Shown here piece by piece: positions 18,159 to 27,201 of a stretch of 43,716 nucleotides of DNA. Origin of the DNA: a virus (Duplodnaviria > Caudoviricetes); the IMG/VR virus record IMGVR_UViG_3300036546_000107, positions 1 to 43,716 of that record. One strand, given 5' to 3'. The position numbers were made by a program, and so were the translations under genes. The first letter of the stretch is position 1. Every line of letters starts with the position of its first letter. Below the pieces are notes generated by a model. That model saw nothing but the letters and a program-made list of their open reading frames with translations. It was not told the origin of the DNA and ran no database searches.

Positions 18159-18433
18159 ATGTTGCGTAAGCAACGAGCTGGTGTAGTGGGATGGAATGAC
18201 GGCGCGAAAGCGCCATAAATAGGCGACGCGTGATAACACACGCCGAAGGCAGGGTGCAATAGGGATTTTCATCACATTTTTGATGCGAATATGCCCCAGA
18301 TATTTTTTTGCATTAATACGAAATATTGCTTTCTTCCTCCGCTAGTTATTGATACATTAAACATGTAGGGAAGACGCTTTGCGTCCCCTGAATAAAACCC
18401 CCTAACTTATAGCGCGAAGCGCGGAGATATATT

Positions 18434-18979
18434 ATGGCGAAGAAACTTCTGAATTATTCAATCACTGACAAGTCTGTTGTAATCGAGCGTCTGGACTATC
18501 CAAACGGTGAAGATGGTGGTGCAGTTGTAGGTCGTACAGAAACGTTCGATGTGAAAGCAATCCCTGAAGAACTGAAATCTGGTGAAGATGTTGTAGCAAG
18601 CCTTGCGGCTTATGGCTTAAGCCAAATTCTGCAAGACCGCGTGTCATCTGTTACAGGCGGCGGTGATGCCAAGCTGGATAAGATGTTGGAAGTGTACGAG
18701 CTTCTGAAAGCCGGTGAATGGAAAGCACAGCGCGTTTCCAATCCATCAGAGCGCAAAGTGGCGATTGCTGCCGACTTCGCAGAAGGGTTCGCCCGCTTCA
18801 TTCAGAGCCAAGGCAAAGAGATGGATGCAGCAACTGCTTCCGCTTACCTGCAGGCTCTAAGCAACGAGGAGCGCAAAGCTCTACGTGCACATGATAAGGT
18901 TAAACCTTTCATCCAGGCTGTACGCGACGAAGCATCAGCAAAAGCTGCGGACATCGATCTATCCGACCTGCTGGGTTAA
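18434..18979 (+). CDS. Hypothetical protein, paralogue 1
   Basis: RBS ggagatatattATG; full-length similarity to 19252-19836. Confidence 0.85.
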   Translation: MAKKLLNYSITDKSVVIERLDYPNGEDGGAVVGRTETFDVKAIPEELKSGEDVVASLAAYGLSQILQDRVSSVTGGGDAKLDKMLEVYELLKAGEWKAQRVSNPSERKVAIAADFAEGFARFIQSQGKEMDAATASAYLQALSNEERKALRAHDKVKPFIQAVRDEASAKAADIDLSDLLG

Positions 18980-19012
18980 GGCGCTACGCGCTATTCTCGA
19001 GCGATATTGTTC

Positions 19013-19039
19013 AGGGACACGTAATGTGTCCCTTTTTTT
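19013..19039 (+). terminator. Intrinsic terminator
   Basis: agggacac-gtaat-gtgtccct followed by a T-run. Confidence 0.85.
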
Positions 19040-19098
19040 ATGCCTGGGATAAATAGGCGGGCGGGAAGCGCAATAGATTTGCAAAATAAATAGGCAAA

Positions 19099-19144
19099 TT
19101 AATTTGCAAATTAACTTGCAACCTCGGCTCGATAGGTCTATATT
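19099..19144 (+). promoter_or_regulatory. Perfect palindrome TTAATTTGCAAATTAA immediately upstream of a sigma70 promoter
   Basis: Palindrome 19099-19114; TTGCAA (19116-19121)-N17-TATATT (19139-19144). Confidence 0.75.
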
Positions 19145-19251
19145 AAAGATGAAAGCGGCGCATACCGCGCCGCTCTTCCATGAACACAATATTCGCGTAG
19201 CTATTAAAGCTCGCCTAACCAATGACCGCGCGTAAGCGCTAGGGATATACC

Positions 19252-19836
19252 ATGAAAACCAAAAACGTATTCGAGCTGACTGATTCAACTGTAACAATGC
19301 GCATCTATGACGTGACCGCATTTAATAAAGGCGATGACACAAGCAGCGCCCCGCTACTAGTGGAGCATGAATTCGATGTGACCAAGGTTCCGGCCACTTT
19401 GAACGATGGGGACAATCCGCTTAAAAGCCTAGCGGCTTATGGGCTTAGTCGTTTAATGCAAGACCGTAGCTCGTCTTGCACGGATGGGGCGCTCGGTGAA
19501 AATTGCACGAGCGTGAAGGAACTAGCGGAAGCACGCCTCGCGGCATACAAGGAGACTTATGATTTAGTTTGTAGCGGCGAGTTTCGCGCACGTCGAGAAG
19601 GTTCGGGCGGTGGTAAAGCGGCCTCGGTTGATACTTTCTTCGCCCAAGCGTTGGTTAACTTCCTCGCGGACAATGGCAAGGATATGGACATTAATACGGC
19701 TACTGTGTACTTACAAAGCCTAAGCGCCGACGAGCGTAAAGCGCTCCGCACCAAACTTTCGCCGCAAATTAGCGCCGCCCGTGAAGCGGCTCGTGAAGCG
19801 GCGAAAGGCTTCGACCTTGGAGACTTGCTTGGTTAG
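19252..19836 (+). CDS. Hypothetical protein, paralogue 2
   Basis: Shares SLAAYGLS..QDR.SS, GE..A.R, YLQ.LS..ERKALR and DL.DLLG* with paralogue 1. Confidence 0.85.
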   Translation: MKTKNVFELTDSTVTMRIYDVTAFNKGDDTSSAPLLVEHEFDVTKVPATLNDGDNPLKSLAAYGLSRLMQDRSSSCTDGALGENCTSVKELAEARLAAYKETYDLVCSGEFRARREGSGGGKAASVDTFFAQALVNFLADNGKDMDINTATVYLQSLSADERKALRTKLSPQISAAREAAREAAKGFDLGDLLG

Positions 19837-19855
19837 AATATATCCAGAGATTAGG

Positions 19856-19880
19856 GGGCGCGAAAGCGCCCTTTTTTTTT
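19856..19880 (+). terminator. Intrinsic terminator
   Basis: gggcgc-gaaa-gcgccc followed by T9. Confidence 0.9.
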
Positions 19881-20235
19881 GTCTGCGCGAAGCGCTGGAG
19901 TGGTGTAATCCAATTGTGGAGGATGGTTTTATTTTTTGTCAGAAGGACGTTTGAAATAAATGAAACCCTGGTTTAATTTGGAAGTGTGGGGGACTCCCCC
20001 ATAGGGGCGCGAGGGCGCAGTGGTTTCCGACCTCGTTTCGGAGTGCGCAGAGCCTCAGTTCCCAATTTGCAAATTAAATCCAGCAAAGCCCAGCCTTTCC
20101 CCGCCGAAGGCGGAACTGGAGGCTCTTGCAAACTCCATCCCTGAGAGATATGATAATCCTTGCAGTCTGGGCTGCCCGCCTTCGGCGGGTTTGATAACTG
20201 GCGTCGAAGACGGGCGCAACCAAAGAGGTGGAATC

Positions 20236-20601
20236 ATGTTCAGTACAATCGCAAGTCTTTTCGGAGGCTTATTCGGAATGGGTACGCAGTGGATTGAAGG
20301 TAAACAGAAAATCGCTGCTGCCAAGGTGGAGCGGGAAACCAAGGCGCTGACTAACGAAGCGGACTGGGATAAGGTGCAGGCAGAAGCTGGGAAGAATAGC
20401 TGGAAGGATGAGTGGCTCACTCTTCTTGTCAGTATTCCCATGATTATGGCCTTCATCCCTGGAGCCGAGGATTACGTTATGCGTGGATTCGAGGCACTCG
20501 AATCCATGCCCGAATGGTACCAGTACCTGGTGGGTGTGGTATTTGCAGCCAGCTTTGGTATCAAGGCACTGGCTGGCAAATTTAAAATGGGAAAGGGCTG
20601 A
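20236..20601 (+). CDS. Probable holin (3-TM GTA-holin-like)
   Basis: Start MFSTIASLFGG after GAGGTGG; SWKDEW, P.WYQ and hydrophobic segments; adjacent to the endolysin. Confidence 0.65.
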   Translation: MFSTIASLFGGLFGMGTQWIEGKQKIAAAKVERETKALTNEADWDKVQAEAGKNSWKDEWLTLLVSIPMIMAFIPGAEDYVMRGFEALESMPEWYQYLVGVVFAASFGIKALAGKFKMGKG

Positions 20602-20690
20602 GGTGCGATAGCATCAAAAGACCTGGGTTAGCTGATAATGGTTGCCATCTGGGGGCGCCGCCTTCGGCGGGAACTATAGGAGATATTGAC

Positions 20691-21062
20691 ATGGCTGAAT
20701 ACAGCACTAAAAACTTTCGGGCGGTAGAGTTACGTTGCAAGTGTGGTTACTGCAAAAGTGCCGCCCCGCATCAAATGCAGACTTTTGTGGTGGACAAGTT
20801 ACAGCAACTTCGTGACAAGCTGGGGCGTAGCCTTACTGTGACGAGCGCGTATCGTTGTCCTAAGCACCCTGAAGAAGCTAAGAAACGTACCCGAGGCTGG
20901 CACAACCGTGGTTACGCAGTTGACATTGCGATTTCTAACGGGGCGGAAGGTTACGAAATCATCAAAGCCGCACTGGAGCTTGGTTGTACAGGCTTCGCCA
21001 TTGGCAACGGCTTCGTCCATATTGACTGGCGCACAAACACACCAGTTGTATGGAAATACTAA
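20691..21062 (+). CDS. Endolysin, peptidase M15 family
   Basis: NF...EL.CKCG, TSAYRC..H, H..G.AVDI, FVHID.R. Confidence 0.9.
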   Translation: MAEYSTKNFRAVELRCKCGYCKSAAPHQMQTFVVDKLQQLRDKLGRSLTVTSAYRCPKHPEEAKKRTRGWHNRGYAVDIAISNGAEGYEIIKAALELGCTGFAIGNGFVHIDWRTNTPVVWKY

Positions 21063-21219
21063 CTTTAAACTTTTAGACAGGCAACGTCTTGACAGGGGAA
21101 CCAGCCGACACCGCAACGTCAGTCACAAAGTGACGGGCGGCCTCCGCCCGGCGCTGTGACAAGTTTTTGCGGTGTGGAGCTGGTGCTGTCAAGATGTGAC
21201 GGCGCAAAAAGTTTAAAGT
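21062..21219 (+). ncRNA. ~158-nt rod-shaped interrupted hairpin (rod B); candidate structured RNA or DNA cruciform
   Basis: Six nested stems; the only mismatch within them is a G-T pair on the + strand. RNA vs DNA function is not established. Confidence 0.5.
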
Positions 21220-21535
21220 GGAAGCGATACCGGACACCGCTATTTTGCGATTATGCGGCGCATGGCGGTGTGCATTGGTGTTACGTGTATAAATGTATGG
21301 CCTTTATATACGCGTGCGTGTGATGCGTTATAGGCCGTTTTGGTGGGGGGTGTTTTTAAGGTATGTTGCAGCTGGTTGTTATGTTTTTCGGAGAAATTCC
21401 TGAAGGCAGTAATAGTTGATGCTGTGAAAGTAAGACTGGAAACCTCCACAGTTTTAGGTTAAATTAGGTTATATAGAGATTTGCAAATTAATTGCATCTA
21501 TTAATTTACAATTTAATTCACTGTGGAGATTCCAT

Positions 21536-22081
21536 ATGAGTCGTGCAACAAATCAAGCTCCTGCCACTATCGGAAAGGAGGAGCCAAAAGATAATCTGCC
21601 TCGTGACGAGAATGGCCGACGCATTGTTAGTCAGATGACTGATAAGTGTTGGGAGATTCTGTTGCTGAATATGGCGGAACCTAAGCTGACACAGGCGCAG
21701 ATTGCAGAACGGATTGGTACGCATCAGGTTTATGTGTGTCGTGTTATGAATAGTCCTTGTTATATTAAGGAAAAACGCGGGATGTATCAGCAACGAATCC
21801 ATGACAGGCTGAATAGTGTGATGATGGACGGGGCAGATAGAATGGAACGTATCTTTACAGCGGAAGATAGTTCAGATGCTGTTGCAGTTGACGCGTTTAA
21901 AGCGGTTGCTAAGGCCGCTGGTGTTGGAGAAACTGGGGGGAATAGTGGTAAAGGTCAGCCAGGTGACACGAATCTGAATATTAATCTGGGTGTTACGGCG
22001 GAAATGATTGCTGAAGCTAACGCTCGTCGTAAAAAACGCCTGTTTGAGGGTGAAATAGAGGATGTGGATGGGAATGAGTAG
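21536..22081 (+). CDS. terS: Probable terminase small subunit
   Basis: HTH-like LTQAQIAERIGTHQVYV; position upstream of TerL. Confidence 0.65.
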   Translation: MSRATNQAPATIGKEEPKDNLPRDENGRRIVSQMTDKCWEILLLNMAEPKLTQAQIAERIGTHQVYVCRVMNSPCYIKEKRGMYQQRIHDRLNSVMMDGADRMERIFTAEDSSDAVAVDAFKAVAKAAGVGETGGNSGKGQPGDTNLNINLGVTAEMIAEANARRKKRLFEGEIEDVDGNE

Positions 22082-22562
22082 GAGCAGATTTCGCCCTAAT
22101 TCAAAAATCCTGGATGCAGCTTTCATTGATACCCCTGCTTTTTCTACAAACCAGAAACATCGTGGTGCTAGAAGGGCAGGGATTACGTTTGAAAAGCGTG
22201 TCGGCGAGTTTTTGAATGGGCATTTTGGGATTCAGGTGGTTTCGAATAGCTGGATTAGCTATTTCGATGAGAGTAATGGCGACCGTATTTGCTCGCCAGA
22301 CCATTTGATTATTGATGTTAAGGCTGGTGTAGTTACTGTTGTGGAGTGTAAGCTGAGTCATACGCCAAATGCGTGGTATCAGTTGAATGATGTTTATGCT
22401 CCGGTGATTAAATTTCTATTTCCTGGGTTTGATGTGAGGTTGATAGAAATTTGTAAGAATTATGAGCGGAGTATTAGCTATCCGCAGGTGCCTCGAATTG
22501 TTTGTGACCTTCACAAAGAGTTTAAGGGTGGCGATAACGTGATGGTACTGAGGGATTTATGA
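22074..22562 (+). CDS. PD-(D/E)XK nuclease (resolvase/packaging-associated)
   Basis: G..FE, SPDHL, VVECKL, QL..VY. Confidence 0.7.
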   Translation: MSRSRFRPNSKILDAAFIDTPAFSTNQKHRGARRAGITFEKRVGEFLNGHFGIQVVSNSWISYFDESNGDRICSPDHLIIDVKAGVVTVVECKLSHTPNAWYQLNDVYAPVIKFLFPGFDVRLIEICKNYERSISYPQVPRIVCDLHKEFKGGDNVMVLRDL

Positions 22563-24070
22563 GTGATATAGATGATATGAGCTTAGCTGATATTATCAAC
22601 CTCGGCGCTGAGGACTTGCTTTTCTTTGGTCGTGTCTTTTTTCCGAAGACGTTCAAGAAAGCGAGTCCTGAAATTCACGAAGCTTGTGCGGAGTTGATTG
22701 ATGGGCCAGACAATGGCCAGATTGCAATCTTCCGTGGCGGTGCAAAGACTACGCTGACTCGTGTGGCTTGCGCTAAGAAAGCAAGTTACGGTGAAACCAG
22801 CGTTACCTTGGTTGTTGGTAAAGGCCAAGACCACGCGATAAAGAGTATCCTCTGGCTGAAGAATCAGATTGAGAATAACAAGAAGTGGGCTGATGTTTTC
22901 AAGATTACAAAAGCGCTGAATCAGGATACTGGTCGCCCGAAGAAATGGACAGATGAATGGATTACCATTCATAATGGAGTTCTGGATAAGGAAATTCATT
23001 TCATTGCCTACGGTATTACTGGTCAGATTCGTGGTATGAACATTGATGATGCTCGTCCTGACTTTATTATCTGCGATGATATTCTGGATGATGAGAACTG
23101 TGCAACACCTGAGCAACGTGAAAAGATTAAAGAGCGTTTCTGGGGTGCATTGATGAAGAGCTTGTGTCGTAAGGAAGAGAATCCTATGGCCAAGTGTATC
23201 ATGCTGCAGACACCGATTGACATGGAAGACCTCTCCATGGATATTCGGAAGTTGAAGAGTTGGAAAACTCAGATTCACAGTTGTTTTGATGCAGAAGGTA
23301 ATAGTACCTGGGAAGAACAATTTAGTACTGCGAGTTTGAAGGCGGAGAAAGCGGAATTCATTCAGCTGAATAAGTTGAGTGTATGGATGCGGGAAATGGA
23401 AGTTAACCCAACTTCGAGTGAGTTGCGGTTGTTTGTTCCAGACTGGTTGGGTAGCTATGAACAAATGCCTGAGGGTGTTTGGTATATTATCAGTGTTGAC
23501 CCGACACCTCCGCCGAAGGATAGTAAGGTTGAGCGTGACCCGCAAAAACTCGATGATGCAGTTGTGATGGTTACAGGTTTTCATCCACAGCGTAAGAAGT
23601 TTTTTGTTGCGGAGTATTATACGACTAAAAGTCCTCAAACTATGGAACTTGTTTCCAAGATTTTTGAGTTCTGGGTGCGTTACAGACCTATGCACGTTGT
23701 AGTTGAAACTCATTTGTTCCAACGCACGATTAAAGAAAGTCTGGAAACGCACATGCAGCGGACTGGTACATTCTTCGTTATCACTCCTATTGAGGATAAG
23801 AGGAATAAATTTGTTCGTATCAAAGATACGCTGCAAGGTAAGGCGAGTCAGGGTTTGATTGTTATTAAGGATACGCATACGGAGCTGCATAGCCAGTTTA
23901 TTGCGTACCCTCAGGTCAAACATGATGACTTGCTGGATGCGTTAAGTCTTGCTACAATGGCGGTAAATCCAGCGTTACTAGCTGTAGGAACCGTAATCGA
24001 AGGTGAATATGAAGACCTGGGCTATGTGGACGATTACTCAAAGGCACTTGATTATGGGGGAGCGCCATAA
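22559..24070 (+). CDS. terL: Terminase large subunit
   Basis: FRGGAKTT, RPDFIICDD, ISVDP, HDDLLDAL. Confidence 0.92.
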   Translation: MSDIDDMSLADIINLGAEDLLFFGRVFFPKTFKKASPEIHEACAELIDGPDNGQIAIFRGGAKTTLTRVACAKKASYGETSVTLVVGKGQDHAIKSILWLKNQIENNKKWADVFKITKALNQDTGRPKKWTDEWITIHNGVLDKEIHFIAYGITGQIRGMNIDDARPDFIICDDILDDENCATPEQREKIKERFWGALMKSLCRKEENPMAKCIMLQTPIDMEDLSMDIRKLKSWKTQIHSCFDAEGNSTWEEQFSTASLKAEKAEFIQLNKLSVWMREMEVNPTSSELRLFVPDWLGSYEQMPEGVWYIISVDPTPPPKDSKVERDPQKLDDAVVMVTGFHPQRKKFFVAEYYTTKSPQTMELVSKIFEFWVRYRPMHVVVETHLFQRTIKESLETHMQRTGTFFVITPIEDKRNKFVRIKDTLQGKASQGLIVIKDTHTELHSQFIAYPQVKHDDLLDALSLATMAVNPALLAVGTVIEGEYEDLGYVDDYSKALDYGGAP

Positions 24071-26031
24071 TGGAAATTAAGTATGGAGGTGAAGACGGAC
24101 TCCACGCTAAGATTATTGCTGCACTGAAAGAGCGTATTAGACTTGGCGAGGAGTTTGCTTCTGACAACTATGACCGTTGGCAGAAAGCTGAACGTTATTA
24201 CCAGATGTACAAAATCCCAAATAAGAAAGATGGGAATGCACTGTTAAAGTGGAACGCAGGCGACACAGACTTTAAGTCAGTTGTTATGCCTTACAGCTAC
24301 GCGCAGTTGATGACCGCTCATGCTTATTTGGTAAATGTGTTTCTGAACCGTGACCCCGTCTTTCAGGCTGATAGCTTGAATGGTGATGGTGCTGACCGTG
24401 AACTTGCTCTAGAAAGTTTGTTGCAGTATCAGGTTAAAGGCGGTGAAATGGAACCTCGCCTAATGGTTTGGTTCATGGACATTTTACGCTACGGCGTTGG
24501 CTTCATTGGAAACTTCTGGACTGATGAGGTATTTCGTCAGACTGTCTTTGTTGATGAAGAGGAAGTGATTGACGGTGTACCAACTGGTAACATGAAAGAA
24601 GTTCGCACTACGCGAGTTATTGAAGGTTACAAGGGTAATAAGCTGTTTAATGTTCTTCCTTATGACGCGCTGCCTGACCCTCGTGTTGCAATTTGTAATG
24701 CGAATGAGGGGGAGTTTTTTGGCCGTAAGATTTCTATGGGAATCATGGAGCTGAAAAAGAATGCGCGTCGTGGAGACTTCTTTAACATTAAGGAAGCTGA
24801 AGAAGGGGTTGCAACAGGCCCAGGTGACCGTTACCAACGTGACCAGAGCATGGGTGAGACAGCGTACAAAAATAAAGACTCTACACGTACTCCGCAAGGC
24901 AAACGAGTAGGTGACATTGATGTTGTCGAGATGTATGTTCGTCTTGTTCCAAAGGACTGGGGCTTGGGTGAAAGTGACTACCCTGAAATTTGGGTGTTCA
25001 TGGTAGCTAATAATAAGGTTATCATCTATGCGGAGCCTGCGAATACGTTGGAAGATAAGTTTCCAATTCATGCGCAGGAGTGTGAAGTTGATGGTTACAT
25101 GAATAAGTCTCGTGGTATTCTGGAGGTTGCTGCTCCTATGAATGACATCCTGACTTGGCTGTTTGACAGTCACATGTATAACAAACGTCAGGTAATGAAT
25201 AATCAGTTTGTCGGCGACCCGTCTGCAATTGTAATGAAAGACGTGGAACGTAAAGACCCTGGGAAATTTATTCGTTTGCGCCCGACAGCGTACGGTCGTG
25301 ATGTGCGGAGTATCATTAGCCAACTTCCGGTGACTGATGTTACCATGCAGAACCTTCAAGATGTGCAGATTGTAGAACGTAATATGCAGCGGATTGTTGG
25401 TATTAACGATGACGTTGCTGGTCAAAGTGCTCCAAGTTCTCGTCGTAGTGCGACAGAGTTCAGGGGTACTAGTAGCTTCGCAAGTAATCGTCTGGCCAAT
25501 TTGGCTTATTCAATTTCGGTTGGAGGTTTTCGCAGTTTAGCGAAAAGCCTGTTTGTTAGTTCGCAGCAGCTTTATGATATTCCTATGAAGGTTAAGGTTG
25601 CAGGGGATAATATTAAAGGGCTGCAAAGTATCACGGTTAATCCAGAAGATATTGCAGGCCAGTTTGATGTTGTTCCAGTGGACGGTACACTGCCAATCGA
25701 CCGTATGGGTCAAGCTCAGTTCTGGATGCAGATTATGAGCATGGTTGCAACTAACCCAATGCTGGCTGCCGAATATCGCTTGGGAGATATTTTCTCCTAT
25801 ACAGCGCGACTTGCAGGCTTGAAAGGTATTGATAAAATGAAAATGCGTGTTCTGAACGATGACCAAATTTTGGCATTGCTCATGGCGCAGCAACAAGGTG
25901 GAGGCTCTAATGTCCAACCGCAGCAAACAGTCGCACCAGCAGGAACTGGAGGAGCGCCTAGCTCTCCTCAACCAGAAGCTCCTAATGCTGGACAGTCTGC
26001 GCAACTCGGAGGGTTGGCCGCTTTACTGTGA
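24070..26031 (+). CDS. Portal protein
   Basis: 653 aa directly after TerL; YG.G and SATE motifs; Q/G-rich tail typical of podovirus portals. Confidence 0.85.
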   Translation: MEIKYGGEDGLHAKIIAALKERIRLGEEFASDNYDRWQKAERYYQMYKIPNKKDGNALLKWNAGDTDFKSVVMPYSYAQLMTAHAYLVNVFLNRDPVFQADSLNGDGADRELALESLLQYQVKGGEMEPRLMVWFMDILRYGVGFIGNFWTDEVFRQTVFVDEEEVIDGVPTGNMKEVRTTRVIEGYKGNKLFNVLPYDALPDPRVAICNANEGEFFGRKISMGIMELKKNARRGDFFNIKEAEEGVATGPGDRYQRDQSMGETAYKNKDSTRTPQGKRVGDIDVVEMYVRLVPKDWGLGESDYPEIWVFMVANNKVIIYAEPANTLEDKFPIHAQECEVDGYMNKSRGILEVAAPMNDILTWLFDSHMYNKRQVMNNQFVGDPSAIVMKDVERKDPGKFIRLRPTAYGRDVRSIISQLPVTDVTMQNLQDVQIVERNMQRIVGINDDVAGQSAPSSRRSATEFRGTSSFASNRLANLAYSISVGGFRSLAKSLFVSSQQLYDIPMKVKVAGDNIKGLQSITVNPEDIAGQFDVVPVDGTLPIDRMGQAQFWMQIMSMVATNPMLAAEYRLGDIFSYTARLAGLKGIDKMKMRVLNDDQILALLMAQQQGGGSNVQPQQTVAPAGTGGAPSSPQPEAPNAGQSAQLGGLAALL

Positions 26032-26263
26032 ATTGTTAGCTCAGAACATTCGACGTATGAAGTTCGAGCTAATGGACAGTGATGATGACGGCTTGGAAGG
26101 AGCCGTCAGACTCTCCCAAAGGAAAGAATACTTGAGTGGAATGGTTCACGCAAGTAAGTTAGTCCAGATTTACATGGATTCTTTCGAGCAGGAACGTGAT
26201 GAAATAATGGAATCTCTAAAAGGGTACGATGATGAATACAGCGATGAAACTTCTATTGAGTAA
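25910..26263 (+). CDS. Hypothetical protein (post-portal helical protein)
   Basis: GGAGG RBS; L..SEGW motif; position between portal and scaffold. Confidence 0.65.
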   Translation: MSNRSKQSHQQELEERLALLNQKLLMLDSLRNSEGWPLYCELLAQNIRRMKFELMDSDDDGLEGAVRLSQRKEYLSGMVHASKLVQIYMDSFEQERDEIMESLKGYDDEYSDETSIE

Positions 26264-27188
26264 CAACTGGGTACGTATGAATGTGGCGAAAGGTGCTGAA
26301 GAAAAGGGTGCAGGCGGTGCTGCGGTGGATGACGAAGTTGAGACCGATGCTAACGTGGATACTTCTGGTGATGTTGACGAGCCGGGTGATGATGTGGATT
26401 GGCTTCTAAACGACGATGAAACTCCTGAAACAGTAGTTGATAAAAAAGTTTCTGGTGAAGAAGAAATTGAAACCGAAGAGCCAGAAAATGATAAGAAGGG
26501 TGATGAGACTGAAGAAGTCGAAGACCCTGAAAAGAAAGACGAATCTGTTGAGCCTGAAAAGTCTGACGACAAGAAAGACGAAACAAAAGAGTCGGAAGCT
26601 CCAGAAGCAATGACTCCAGAGAAGATTGCGGAAGCGAAAGAGAAGTTTCGCGCTGAGTTGGAGAAATCATTTGCCATCTCCGAAGAAGATGCTAATCTTC
26701 TAGTAACAGCACCGGAACAAGTATTGCCTCGATTAGCGTCGAATATTAGTATGCAAATTCTGGAGCAAGTGCAGATTATGCAAAACCAGATGATTGCGAA
26801 TCTTCCACAGATGATTATGCAATCACAGGCACAATCCACGAATGAACAGAAGTTGTACGACGAGTTTATGGCGTCAACTCCTGAACTTTCACAGATGGAT
26901 GCTAAGGAGCTTAATGAAGCTGTTAATGAATTGGCTCCTATTGTTAAGAAACGTTTCCCAACTTTAACTCCTCAGGAGCGTATGGTGAAACTGGGGATGT
27001 TGATTAAAAACACTTATGGCTTGAAAGATGCTACTCCTCCTAAGAAGGCTGAGCCAGCACCGAAAGCACGAACCCCTAAACCGCATACTCCGACAGCCCC
27101 AGCGCAGTCGAGTGTACCAGCAGGAAATCGTAAGCCTACCAAATTGGAAGCTGAAATCGAAGAACTGCTAAACAGTGATGATGATTAA
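26229..27188 (+). CDS. Capsid scaffolding protein
   Basis: Acidic low-complexity N-terminus, helical core, Pro-rich C-terminus; precedes the MCP. Confidence 0.75.
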   Translation: MMNTAMKLLLSNNWVRMNVAKGAEEKGAGGAAVDDEVETDANVDTSGDVDEPGDDVDWLLNDDETPETVVDKKVSGEEEIETEEPENDKKGDETEEVEDPEKKDESVEPEKSDDKKDETKESEAPEAMTPEKIAEAKEKFRAELEKSFAISEEDANLLVTAPEQVLPRLASNISMQILEQVQIMQNQMIANLPQMIMQSQAQSTNEQKLYDEFMASTPELSQMDAKELNEAVNELAPIVKKRFPTLTPQERMVKLGMLIKNTYGLKDATPPKKAEPAPKARTPKPHTPTAPAQSSVPAGNRKPTKLEAEIEELLNSDDD

Positions 27189-27201
27189 ATAGGAGAGCGA
27201 C

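Noticed and set aside
18034-18259. tRNA gene
   Set aside because: No T-loop GTTC, D-loop or acceptor stem/CCA geometry.
22583-25425. Long antisense ORFs (446 aa and 313 aa) opposite terL and portal, and similar shadow ORFs elsewhere
   Set aside because: Mirror-frame artefacts of codon bias; no RBS or recognisable motifs.
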